From assembly GCA_040954595.2 (NCBI GenBank), contig CM082590.2, positions 4,092,001-4,156,000 on the forward strand: DNA of 64,000 bases, written 5' to 3'. Under the pieces are notes generated by a model. The model was not told the DNA's origin, made no database searches, and was given only the letters and a program-made list of their open reading frames with translations. Source of the DNA: Balanoglossus misakiensis. Taxonomy: Eukaryota > Animalia > Hemichordata. The position numbers and the translations under genes were made by a program. Position 1 is the stretch's first letter. Every line of letters begins with the position of its first letter. Below are positions 39,001 to 48,291 of this stretch, piece after piece.

Positions 39001-40619
39001 AGTGTGTAATCAAAATATTTTGCTACTTTTCATGACCCCTTTGACCTCTGCTGACCTCATTAATTATGTGCATAGCTAATTACAGGCGCACCGATAGAGC
39101 TAGAGGTTTGGTTTTTGTTGGACATGGACCAGTATGGGATCACCATTTTTTGCCAAAATGTTGGGTGACCTCTGGTGACCTTTGACCTACTTTCGCATAT
39201 CTCAGCATCCAGAGCAGATACAGCCATGGCATTTGGTAGGATGGGACCAAAATGTAAAGCCACATTTTTGGGTCACCTGTAACACCTGCTGACCTCATTA
39301 AATATGCACATACCTAATTACAGGCGAACCGATAGAGCTAGAGTTTTGGTTTTTGTTGGACATGGACCAGTATGGGTAAAAAAAATTGCCCAAATGTTGG
39401 GTGACCTCAGGTGACCTTTGACCTACTTCACCCTATTTCAGCAGCAAAAATACACACATCCTTGTTATGTCATGAGATAATACATCCAATAGAAAATTCT
39501 GTTTCTTCTCATTCATACTGTGCATATATAATTCAAGATCAGCGCTTGGGCCCGACAATGCTGCTTGCAGCTTTAATCTTTATTTTGTCATTCTGCATGT
39601 AATATACAGAAATATACAGAGCTTCCCTCTGTAGTTTTTCTCTGTAGTACCGTAGGTACCATGAGTATGTGAGAAATAACACAATGACTTTGTTGCAGCA
39701 AAAATTGGTGTTCAAGAATGTGGTCATTAAACAATTCAATTTAACAAGAATGATATGAATAATTTTCTACCACTGCTACAAAAACCAAGTGATCATAGGT
39801 TAGCATGACATTAAACTGAGTGCGGCTGAAACACCCTTCGCTTACAATCAACATTTGTGTCACCTTGAATGAACTTGCCTACAGGTCAGAAAGGTCATTG
39901 TCTTTTGATATGGTAATTGGTATCTATGTGCTTATCAGACTCTGGAATGATTGATTATACAGTAATACAGACATAGATTGAAAACGATTGATTGTGATAA
40001 TAAAATATGACGAGCAGTTTATTACAAGTCAAATCTTTGTATGTCCAGCACAAACAACGAACAGTTTCGGGACTTTCCATGATGTTAATTGTTACAAGTT
40101 GTGTGTGCCCCCCCCCCCCCCCCCACAGTCTCTCGAATCCACACAGACACCTCACTCAGAACTCACAGATTGACTGACTGAATTCCACAGATGTTTGGAC
40201 AGTAATTGTCATGCAGAACAAATCAGAGCTTCGCGTGTAGACAAACATTTTAGGGGTACAATACACGCATAGCACAGAGCTGGTTGGAGCTGACTTGCAA
40301 TTGGAGCCCACATATATTGCCGTGTCTACAAGTTGTTGTGTGCAATGTTGAATTTCATCGACAATTTGTCAAGTTTTCACAACTGTCATTTTGCTGCAAC
40401 ATGTTCTGTCCGAGCGGTAATTTGTAAATGTTGTCCTTCAAACGTTTCAGTCCACCCGAACCATGAATAATCTCAGCAGACGGATATTTATTCTGAAACA
40501 CCTGTTGATTAGATTATGGGCGTCCATGACCAGAGGCGGAATTCTACAAACTCAGAAACTGTTGCCCGTTCAGTTCAAGGGTCACTTACCTCTGGGTCTT
40601 TATCTTCCTGAGAAGCCAT
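11688..40619 (-). CDS. Ankyrin-repeat/Roc/COR/death-domain (kinase-less DAPK-like ROCO) gene, 23 exons, ~1272 aa
   Basis: Manual splice model, all GT-AG and phase-compatible: 40619-40590, 31721-31623, 27778-27680, 27394-27296, 27006-26908, 26618-26520, 23621-23523, 22687-22589, 21821-21708, 19969-19871, 19727-19629, 19481-19383, 19211-19113, 18953-18855, 18711-18613, 17867-17754, 16547-16482, 16288-16169, 15792-15553, 15224-15080, 14170-14022, 13424-13248, 13064-11688; sum 3819 nt with no internal stop. Roc motifs [28 protein letters not shown]; COR motifs [18 protein letters not shown]. Confidence 0.88.
13248..13424 (-). CDS. COR-A exon (..[13 protein letters not shown])
   Basis: 177 nt, tag/gtcagt; COR motif YLHDIGE. 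Confidence 0.9.
14022..14170 (-). CDS. Roc G5 exon (..[21 protein letters not shown]..)
   Basis: 149 nt phase 1-0, cag/gtaac. Confidence 0.88.
14500..15030. repeat. (CATA)n/(CA)n microsatellite in ROCO intron
   Basis: Direct observation; explains the YIHT/MYVC ORFs. Confidence 0.95.
15080..15224 (-). CDS. Roc G4 exon (ILFWLRFLK...[11 protein letters not shown])
   Basis: 145 nt phase 0-1, tag/gttagt. Confidence 0.88.
15553..15792 (-). CDS. Roc switch I/II exon (TPGIDV...[13 protein letters not shown])
   Basis: 240 nt, aag/gtaag; Roc G2/G3 motifs; inside ORF 15391-15960. Confidence 0.92.
15825..15985. mobile_element. Short TIR element in ROCO intron
   Basis: atataatccca... ...tgggattatat terminal inverted repeats plus internal hairpin. 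Confidence 0.55.
16169..16288 (-). CDS. Roc GTPase P-loop exon (...[21 protein letters not shown])
   Basis: 120 nt, cag/gtatgt, Walker A GxxxxGKT. Confidence 0.92.
16482..16547 (-). CDS. Ankyrin C-cap exon ([22 protein letters not shown])
   Basis: 66 nt, tag/gtgagt, C-cap TPLDVA pattern. Confidence 0.85.
16864..17500. repeat. 225-bp intronic minisatellite, ~3 copies
   Basis: ORF-track repeats spaced 225 bp (16869, 17094). Confidence 0.93.
17754..17867 (-). CDS. Ankyrin exon type III ([38 protein letters not shown])
   Basis: 114 nt, tag/gtacaa; paralog of 21708-21821. Confidence 0.85.
18613..18711 (-). CDS. Ankyrin exon type II (same peptide as 18855-18953)
   Basis: 99 nt, AG/GT. Confidence 0.9.
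18855..18953 (-). CDS. Ankyrin exon type II ([33 protein letters not shown])
   Basis: 99 nt, AG/GT. Confidence 0.9.
19113..19211 (-). CDS. Ankyrin exon type II ([33 protein letters not shown])
   Basis: 99 nt, AG/GT. Confidence 0.9.
19383..19481 (-). CDS. Ankyrin exon type II ([33 protein letters not shown])
   Basis: 99 nt, AG/GT. Confidence 0.9.
19629..19727 (-). CDS. Ankyrin exon type II ([33 protein letters not shown])
   Basis: 99 nt, AG/GT. Confidence 0.9.
19871..19969 (-). CDS. Ankyrin exon type II ([33 protein letters not shown])
   Basis: 99 nt, AG/GT. Confidence 0.9.
20134..21455. repeat. 225-bp intronic minisatellite, ~6 copies
   Basis: Units at 20139, 20364, 20589, 20814, 21039, 21264. 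Confidence 0.95.
21708..21821 (-). CDS. Ankyrin exon type III, 38 aa ([38 protein letters not shown])
   Basis: 114 nt, tag/gtataa, ankyrin repeat with 5-aa insert. Confidence 0.85.
22589..22687 (-). CDS. Ankyrin exon type II ([33 protein letters not shown])
   Basis: 99 nt, ttacag/gtaaat, TPLH motif. Confidence 0.9.
23523..23621 (-). CDS. Ankyrin exon type I ([33 protein letters not shown])
   Basis: 99 nt, AG/GT, ankyrin consensus. Confidence 0.9.
23900..25200 (+). pseudogene. 5'-truncated, frameshifted hAT transposase (ZNF862/Charlie-like)
   Basis: [23 protein letters not shown] and [25 protein letters not shown] (hAT dimerization) motifs spread over four frameshifted ORFs. Confidence 0.88.
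25583..26466. mobile_element. Tc1/mariner(pogo)-type MITE with TA ends
   Basis: ta|ccgtatattctcgcaattaagcgccac ... gtggagcttaaatgcaggaatttatgg|ta imperfect TIRs. Confidence 0.7.
26520..26618 (-). CDS. Ankyrin exon type I ([33 protein letters not shown])
   Basis: 99 nt, AG/GT, ankyrin consensus. Confidence 0.9.
26908..27006 (-). CDS. Ankyrin exon type I ([33 protein letters not shown])
   Basis: 99 nt, AG/GT, ankyrin consensus. Confidence 0.9.
27296..27394 (-). CDS. Ankyrin exon type I ([33 protein letters not shown])
   Basis: 99 nt, AG/GT, ankyrin consensus. Confidence 0.9.
27680..27778 (-). CDS. Ankyrin exon type I ([33 protein letters not shown])
   Basis: 99 nt, ttccag/gtatgt splice sites, TALH ankyrin motif. 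Confidence 0.9.
28045..28789. mobile_element. hAT-like MITE
   Basis: TIR caggcctcga/tcgaggcctg, subterminal ggcaagtg repeats, aatggt on both flanks. Confidence 0.75.
30036..30657. mobile_element. TIR MITE carrying a nested ~300-bp element
   Basis: agctgaaccacatt/aatgtggttcagct and tactgtaaactgataccatgttcac/gtgaacatggtatcagtttacagta inverted pairs. Confidence 0.65.
30664..31104. mobile_element. Tc1/mariner-type MITE
   Basis: ta|cagtgcagcttaggaatagctttccaa ... ttggaaagctattcctaagctgcactg|ta perfect TIR. Confidence 0.85.
31623..31721 (-). CDS. ROCO exon 2, ankyrin N-cap ([33 protein letters not shown])
   Basis: ttacag acceptor, gtaagt donor, 99 nt phase 0-0, ankyrin N-cap pattern. Confidence 0.85.
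32415..39575 (+). mobile_element. Tandem array of 4 non-autonomous Helentron/Helitron2-type elements (~1.4-1.7 kb each) in ROCO intron 1
   Basis: 5' hairpin agggcccaagcgc..gcgcttgggccct; each unit ends gcttgggccc + hairpin gctgcttgcagc + ttt (ends ~35053, 36726, 38148, 39575); repeated ORF-track peptides confirm copies. Confidence 0.75.
32497..33492. mobile_element. TIR element nested in the 5' end of the Helentron-type array
   Basis: caggcaaggcaaagggggggtaatta / taattaccccccccccctttgccctgcctg. Confidence 0.7.
40590..40619 (-). CDS. ROCO exon 1 ([10 protein letters not shown])
   Basis: aacaATGG start context, GAG|gtaagt donor, phase 0; joins in frame to the N-cap exon; promoter-like motifs just upstream. 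Confidence 0.7.
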
Positions 40620-40689
40620 TGTTATATGTCATTAACATTGCCTTGGCATCCATTCACAAATTACATCATTTAGCACCCGTCTTTGTTCG

Positions 40690-40790
40690 AACGTCCAGTT
40701 ATATAACTCCAGGTTGGACAAGTGAAACTTCTTTGGTTCCAAGATGGCGTCGTCTTGTCACGTGATTTAGGAGGAAATGGACTACTTCAA
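40690..40790 (-). promoter_or_regulatory. Putative promoter of the ROCO gene
   Basis: TATA-like gttatataac (40698-40707), IRF-E-like GACAAGTGAAACT (40717-40729), YY1-like AAGATGGCG (40741-40749), E-box TCACGTGA (40758-40765), 80-150 bp upstream of the ATG. Confidence 0.5.
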
Positions 40791-43567
40791 ATAAATGAGG
40801 GACAGGGGGGAACAGACTACTAATTTTGAACCCCGGTGGGGCACTCACTTTAAGGCCTCGTCTAGACTTTTGACACACCGATTTTGGATAGAATGAAGTC
40901 TTTTGACCAGTATTAAACTGAAGGACGACTTTTGAAGCCGGATTTTGACCGACAAATGAGTTTGTGTTTTGGAGTTTTTACAGCTGAGTCTCCCCCGGGG
41001 TGTTTACGCTGCAAAGAAAAAACAGAATGTTCCGGTTATAATCTTGTTGTTAAATGAAAAATCAGAATTTGCTAACAAAACTTATTTAGTTTCTATCATA
41101 TTAGTAGCAAGCTACTCTCCCTTAATAAATCCATGAGCTTTAACCTTTTGGGGTCACGAAATTCATTTTCTAACTGTGTGAATATTTAATTCAGGTCAAA
41201 CAGATTGTATGAAATGAAGTATATACATTTGTACACATATTATAAACCCTATAAGTATGATTGTATATGCAAGTTTTAACCAGATAAACAACGGAACATG
41301 GCGGCCACTACGGGAAAATGCAAAATTCAATGAAAACAGTGCATTCCCCTCTTTGAAACTTTATCAACAAAGCATATTTCACTTCGAAAATTTGCCGAAC
41401 ACTTTGAAATAGTCCGTAGGCTTACTGTTGCAATTATGGTGAGAGAATTGTCTGTTGAATTGAAAGTCTCTGAAAGTCTGAACAGAAAGACGAGCAAGAA
41501 GACAAATTAGAAGAGCCCAGAAAAGGATCGAGTATGAACTTCATTGCAAACCAAACATTGTCACATTCATTGTACATTATAATGTTTGAATAAAAGTGCC
41601 TTGCACAAGGGCACAACATCTTGGCCATGAAGTCACGTGACCATTCTCAAATAGAAAATCCATGGCCTGATGGCCATGTCCATGTCTGACCACTAGGCCT
41701 AGATGTCTCCTTTAATGTATTTCATCTATGGATGTTTTACTATTTCAAATTGAAGTTGTGTCATTTCCACTCAGAAGTCAAATAATGAAGCGACTTGTTA
41801 GAATTTGTCCTCTCTCGTATACTGGTTATCTTCATCTTGATTGTGTGCTGAAATATTATGAGGGATTTTATTCTGAAAATTGTCACAAGAAGCCAAAGCT
41901 TCCCTTTATTTTCTTCTTAGCGACTATGGTCGATTTATTTCCATAGTGTGTCACATTCCAATGGAATGAATTGTCTCTCTCCCCATGAAAGAACATCTAG
42001 GCCCCTTAGGATACCAAATGATGACTCCCTGAGTACTTAACTCAGTGCCAATTCTTCAAACATCCAAAGGATAATTAGCCTGATAGTAGTTTTCTCTATA
42101 ATCAAAATCACTTGCAACTACAACACAACCATGAACTGTTACACAGAAAAGAACTTGCTTCTCTTTTTCTTTCTTTACAGGGTGCGAGGTGAACCAGTCA
42201 CAAATCAACATCGTAACCAGGGCAACTTCCCATTTCATGTCAAAGGTCATACTTCTATCGTCTGCTCGCATTAATAGTGATGTTTTGTCTGTTTGGGGGG
42301 GGGGCGATTTCTGAGGGAGACTACACTTTCTACATGCTCAATCTTGAAGGTAGCTGTGCTGTGATTGGTTATCTACACATTTGTCTCAGTAGGCAACCAA
42401 TCAAAGCACGGTTTACTTTCCAGGAGTTGAGTGAACTGAAGTGGGTTTGCTTTCAATACGTGGGTTGTTTCCACAAAAATCAGTCCTCAAAACACTTCCA
42501 TGCTTTTTTGAATTAAAGTGTACGCAAAGTCTATTTGAAAAAACAAAGAAGATTTTCATCACCTTGGTTTCATAAAAAAATCAATAATGTTCACCATGGA
42601 TTTAACACAGATTAGCGGCCATCTTGAATTTCAAATTTGAGACAATTTTGTCATTTAAATTTTTTACGATGAATAATGATCTGTTTTCTCAATTTGTAGA
42701 GAGAATTATCTGAAGTTGTATTCAGGAAAATATGAACTCAATTTTCAGACTGATTTTGAAGGCACATGTTAAAACTAGTTCATGTCTTGTATTGCAATAA
42801 TTTGGCGGCCCATGTTCCACTCTGGGGAAAAAATGCCAACAAAGGAGACACACATATACACAAAAGATTGCAAAAGTAAACAATTTATTTTAAAAACATC
42901 AAGGATTAAAATACACATAAAAATCCTTCTGGCAGTGAAAAAGCAGTAAAAGATTCAATTCTCAAGTCTTCATTAAAAGATATCTAAAATCTGCAGTTGA
43001 TGAAACTGCATTGCAAAGGATTGGTAAAATTTGTAATATTCATATCCAAAACGAGGTCATACATGGAAAAAAACATTTAACCCTTTCACCCCCTTTACCT
43101 CTTCAGAGGTTCAACCCTACATAGAAAACAACAGGTTTGGACTGAACCATTGTTGTGAAAGGGTACAAAGCACCCCTGTTTCCACAAAACATAAGTTGTG
43201 ATCTGTGAAAATCAACGAGATTTCATTGGCAGGCTCCTGTAAGCTTCGCAGACTGTTACTTTAAAATTGTCATTAATAAAATTGGACTTGCAGGGCAATC
43301 ACACGCTGACCATCAAATTCAGTGTAACTTTCATTAAGGATGTACAACTGATAAAAGTGAAAGTTGTTGTCATTTTTATGGAAGATTTTAAGTTGCCAAG
43401 GCTTTTCTAAGTGTACCAACAATCTGTAACAAAATATAGGGGTCACTGTGCTTGTTTTTGAAATACAAAGCTGTGAATTTAATCAAACTAAAAAACAGCT
43501 GAGTAAGCTTTTTTTACCAATGGGTGTCTATGGGCCAAAAAAAAGTTATTTCAAAATTGAGTGTGTG

Positions 43568-43953
43568 CATGGTGACCACAATATTTTGTTTGAGTTCTGA
43601 TTTTAATTTCCCTGAAATGACGATAGTAGAAGTGCGTTTTCCGGGAATTCTCAATGTAATCCTCTGGGAGAGACATATTCCATGTGCTCCAAGTTTGCAT
43701 GGTGACCACAATATTTCGTTTGAGTTCTGATTTTAATTTCCATGAAATGACGATAGTAGAAGCGCGTTATCTGGTAATTCTCAATGAAATCCTCTGGGAG
43801 AGACATATTCCATATGCTCCAAGTTTGCATGGTGACCACAATATTTTGTTTGAGTTCTGATTTTAATTTCCATGAAATGACGATAGTAGAAGCGCGTTAT
43901 CTGGTAATTCTCAATGAAATCCTCTGGGAGAGACATATTCCATATGCTCCAAG
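43568..43953. repeat. 130-bp tandem repeat x3
   Basis: catggtgaccacaatatt at 43568, 43698, 43828. Confidence 0.9.
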
Positions 43954-44818
43954 TGTGCGTATGTCCTTAACTGACCATCAGCACCAATGCTGCAATAGAA
44001 CATAAATTTATGGTTAGAAATTGAGCATTTCAGACCCTAATTGCTCTAGCCCTGGACTGGTCATTAATTCAACAGATATTAAAAACTATAAGTATATTGT
44101 CTATAAACACCGAGAAATTGACAACTACCAATGTTCTAGAGACCAAAAATAGATTTAAGGGGACCACTTGCTTGCAAGGCTGGTTCATTTAAAGTCCCAA
44201 CTTGCTGCTATTTCTTGCAATATTTTCGATTTACTTCAAACTGTGAACAGGCCATTTAAAGGGTCAAAATCTCTCCCTCACTGCCATTTTTCCATCAATT
44301 ATGTTTGATATAAGACGCCGCTTATATTAAAGTAAATGTGTATATGTAGTGAATGAATGTTCAACCACACACAACTTCCATCCCACTTGTATGATATGAG
44401 GGTAAAATTTGGCCCAAAATGAATAAATGGTGGAGAACGATTTTTCATTTTGGTCAATTTTTTCACTCCTGTGTCTACAAGCGGGATGGAAATTGTATGT
44501 CCTGTTTGTAGGATGAGAGTAAAAATGTCACCAAAATGAATAAACGGTAAACACTGATTATTCATTTTATCGAGGGTTTCACTCTGCTCGTGTAAGTTGT
44601 GTGTGGAAGTTATTTCGATTTTGTTGATCAACTGAAATGAATTTCATTTGGCCAGGCTATGTATATCATCCCCACAAGTCTCGAGGATGTACTGTTACTC
44701 AGGGGTCATGAAAGTGGCCTATTCAATTTACTGACACTGTAATGCAATGCAAGTGAATGGGCGTATTCATCTGAATGTTTCTGTTCAAAACTTCTACAAC
44801 CAGATACACAGGACTTAC

Positions 44819-44941
44819 CTCCATACGGACCACCGCTCTGACGACCACCGCCACCGTTGCCTCTCATTGGTCCATAATTTGACTGTCCACTGGCATAATT
44901 GCTTCCAAAGTCATTGTAGTTTCCACCACAGTTGCCATACC
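44819..44941 (-). pseudogene. Orphan hnRNP A/B-type Gly-rich (M9-like) exon
   Basis: GYGNCGGNYNDFGSNYASGQSNYGPMRGNGGGGRQSGGPYG; 123 nt phase 1-1, aag/gtaagt; resembles hnRNP A1 [20 protein letters not shown]; no RRM exons seen in window. Confidence 0.75.
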
Positions 44942-45391
44942 CTTTCATTTAGGAAAAAACAATAGAAAACGCATTATCATAACAATAGTGCTATGCAAAA
45001 TACCTTGAATTGTTTTACCTGTTGAAAAAACTCAAGAAAATGAATATCAGTCTCTACCATTTATGCATTTTGGACCAGATTTTACTCTCAACTCTCATAT
45101 CATACAAGTGGGATGGAAGTTGTGTGTGGTTGAACGTTCATATATTACATATACACATGTACAGTGTCGTGTATCAAACATAATTTATGGGAAAAAAGGG
45201 CAGCGAAAGAGAGACTTTGTCCCTTTAATGTTCAGTCAATCTAGACAAGAGGGGCCCAAAGTTAAGGGACTTTCAAAAATTGGACTTTATAGATAGGTGG
45301 CCTTTATAGACGGGTTGATTAATATACATGTTTATATAAAAATCTTGGAAATGACGAAATTCTACAGCCAAATTCAGATTCGAATACACAC

Positions 45392-45519
45392 CTTGAAATG
45401 GTTGGCTGCCTGTTTCAATCAAACATCAGTATCCAAGATTTGTACTCCAACAATTTGGCTGTGAAGTGCAGCCATGTTGAACAAGACACAAGCCTTCTCA
45501 AAAGAGGATGATGTCATAC
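45392..45519 (-). pseudogene. Orphan ALIX/PDCD6IP BRO1-domain exon with in-frame stop
   Basis: MTSSSFEKACVLFNMAALHSQIVGVQILDTDV*LKQAANHFK, 128 nt, tag/gtgtgt; aligns (from memory) to ALIX YEKSCVLFNCAALASQIAAEQNLDNDEGLKIAAKHYQ. Confidence 0.8.
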
Positions 45520-45902
45520 CTATACAAAATAAGAAAAATACAAGATTGAATCATTCATATGGATTACATTATGTTGTCATTAGGCTCGCAAAATTAACAT
45601 GTGCTGTTCAGATCAGTACCATACTGTTAAAGAGTGATGAGGAATGATCAGATTAATTATTTTTGGATTTAATTTATATTTCTTGTGGTGGCTGGAAACA
45701 CAGTTTACACAGTAGAAAAAACTTTACAGTGAAAGAGTTTTAAACTGCGCCCTGTCCAATTATACCATGGAAGTTTTTGAGTGAGATGTGATCTACCAGT
45801 GGTTGGGTATACTTAGACAACAAGATTATCAAGTGAACAAAAAGCAATAAAAATCCCATGTAGTGTTTCATATCTCTTTGAAATATAGTAGAAGGAGGTC
45901 GT

Positions 45903-46509
45903 GTAACCTATTTCTCACAACTTTTTGGTTTAACCCTTTCACCCCCAGTTCCCACTATGGAGGTCAAACTTTATCATAGAAAACAATGGGTTTGGACTGC
46001 ACCATGGTGGTGAAAGCTCATGTAACCTAGGCTATTTCTCACAACTTTTTGGTTTAACCCTTTCACCCCCAGTTCCCACTATAGAGGTCCAACTTTATCA
46101 TAGAAAACAATGGGTTTGGACTGAACCATGGTGGTGAAAGCTCATGTAACCTAGGCTATTTCTCACAACTTTTTGGTTTAACCCTTTCACCCCCAGTTCC
46201 CACTATAGAGGTCCAACTTTATCATAGAAAACAATGGGTTTGGACTGAACCATGGTGGTGAAAGCTCATGTAACCTTTTTCTCACAACTTTTTGGTTTAA
46301 CCCTTTCACCCCCAGTTCCCACTATAGAGGTCCAACTTTATCATAGAAAACAATGGGTTTGGACTGAACCATGGTGGTGAAAGCTCATGTAACCTTTTTC
46401 TCACAACTTTTTGGTTTAACCCTTTCACCCCCAGTTCCCACTATAGAGGTCCAACTTTATCATAGAAAACAATGGGTTTGGACTGAACCATGGTGGTGAA
46501 AGGGTTTAA
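45903..46509. repeat. Tandem array (5 x 119-124 bp) of a piggyBac-like mini-MITE; solo copies ~14284-14375, 43077-43165, 53249-53340
   Basis: ttaaccctttcacc...ggtgaaagggttaa TIR with TTAA. Confidence 0.85.
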
Positions 46510-46947
46510 CCCGAGTGGACAGACCTACAATGCACAAAATCAGGGTTGAAAGTGTTCACGGTTTGATACATGTATTACATATATGAATTCTTTGCCATGA
46601 TACATGTACGTGTGAAACATATATTGTATCATCTCCCTATTTACAATCAGTGTGCCCTCTAAGCCCATATGACGCGCCACTGACTCAACAAACTCACTGG
46701 AGATTCAAGAAAATTATCCACTATACATGAAAAGGTATAGGGCTGACTCAGAGAAAGTGTTCAGAAATCTCGAATATCAATTTTGGAATATTTTGTTTGG
46801 CTCAGGCTGACATTTTTTACTTGTGGGATGAGGCAACAGCATAAGAATACCGTATAGCATGAAGTAAAAAGTGTCAAGGTACCCTACATTTGATTTGAAT
46901 CAGATTGTGATAATAGATAATTTTTACTATTTGACAAATTGACTTAC

Positions 46948-47004
46948 CCATGTTGCATCATCATTATCTGTGTTCCTTCACCACAGTTGATCAGATAACG
47001 GTAA
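46948..47004 (-). pseudogene. Orphan ELAC2/RNase Z exon
   Basis: YRYLINCGEGTQIMMMQHG, 57 nt, tag/gtaagt; matches the RNase ZL motif RYLFNCGEGxQR. Confidence 0.75.
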
Positions 47005-48023
47005 CTAGAACAACAAAATATACGTATCATGTGTCAAATCCCTGTTTTATAGTCTTTGAAAAACTATCACAAGGGAAGGATATGGTACAATTAGAGTTGC
47101 TACCTATGATTTTTTGGTGTGAAAATTGTTTTACAGTTGCATGATGAAGTAAATATGGATGACCCACTTCTTGGGATCATTGCATGATTTAATTGAACTG
47201 TCATTTGCAGTACTTATTTTTGTGACTTTACTCTCTGAAAGTTGATTGTATCAGACATATTATCAGGTTCTCTCTTACTTCTTAGAATCTAGCCGTGTTT
47301 TGTCCACTTTGCATCCAAAACTAATGTCTAGCCTTGTGGATGCCACTGGCCCAATAAAGCCTGATACCCCTTGTTGGGAATTGTGATGTAATTAGTGTCC
47401 CTTTGAAGTCAATTACAGACTTTGTTTTTCAAATGATTGGACAGAGGATATACATGTACACATGTGTAATTAAATTTCAAATTAAATTTTAAATGTAATT
47501 AGCCCTGCCATTACGATAATCTTACACTCTATCAACACTGTTAAAATAATGGGATTTTCCCACCTTTTCCCGCTTGATTCATTGTGGATATGTGTATCTA
47601 TGACAATATGACTGTCAGTGATCCACTGTTTATAAATCCCGACCTGACCTGACCAGGTTGATAAGTATAAGAGAAACTATGTATCGATAATCCATGTTTT
47701 TCTTAATGGCACAATCATCATGCAAATTAGTGAAAACTGTAAATAACCGCCAGAAAAATCATGTTAGTAGGTAATACAAAAAAATATTGTGTCAGTCGAG
47801 AAATGCTAATAATCAAAATGTTGATCACGTCGATAGGAACAGCCATTCAAATTCCATTGATCACCCTCATTGCCATCGGCCACCCCACTTCATAACTCTA
47901 ACCAAATAATGATATAATGATAGTTCCAAATAAAGCCATCAACACCAATTTTGAGATGTTGGTGATATTCTCACGCTGTACCCAATGTGATAACAATGAA
48001 TGCAATGTGGATAGCATTCTACC

Positions 48024-48291
48024 CACAGGGAGCTCTTCTTCCTTGTTTCTAATGTGTGTGTGTTGATATTGATTAATATAATAAAACAAATCTGTGAAAA
48101 TATATGTTCACCTTTGTTTGTTGACAAGTTTGGGGTACACATGTATTCAACAGTAAAGGGTTAGACTACACTAACCTGTCTACAAACAATCATGACCATA
48201 TTTGCAAACATACATATTTTTTTCAAACATTTTTAAATTAATCAATCACAACACACACACTTTTACAAACAAGGACGAAGAGCTCCCTGTG
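48024..48291. mobile_element. Small TIR element with 7-bp TSD (P-like)
   Basis: ttctacc|cacagggagctctt..aagagctccctgtg|ttctacc. Confidence 0.7.

Noticed and set aside
39859-39888. Possible extra micro-exon in ROCO intron 1
   Set aside because: Weak acceptor; exon 1 already joins the N-cap exon in frame with a sensible sequence
11688-40619. Naming the gene DAPK1 or LRRK
   Set aside because: No kinase or LRR exons found; orthology cannot be established from the sequence alone
42181-42245. Plus-strand exon after a strong polypyrimidine acceptor
   Set aside because: No recognisable product or partner exons; possibly non-coding
42860-44941. Intact hnRNP A gene ending here
   Set aside because: No RRM-coding exons recognised upstream in the window; adjacent exons belong to other genes
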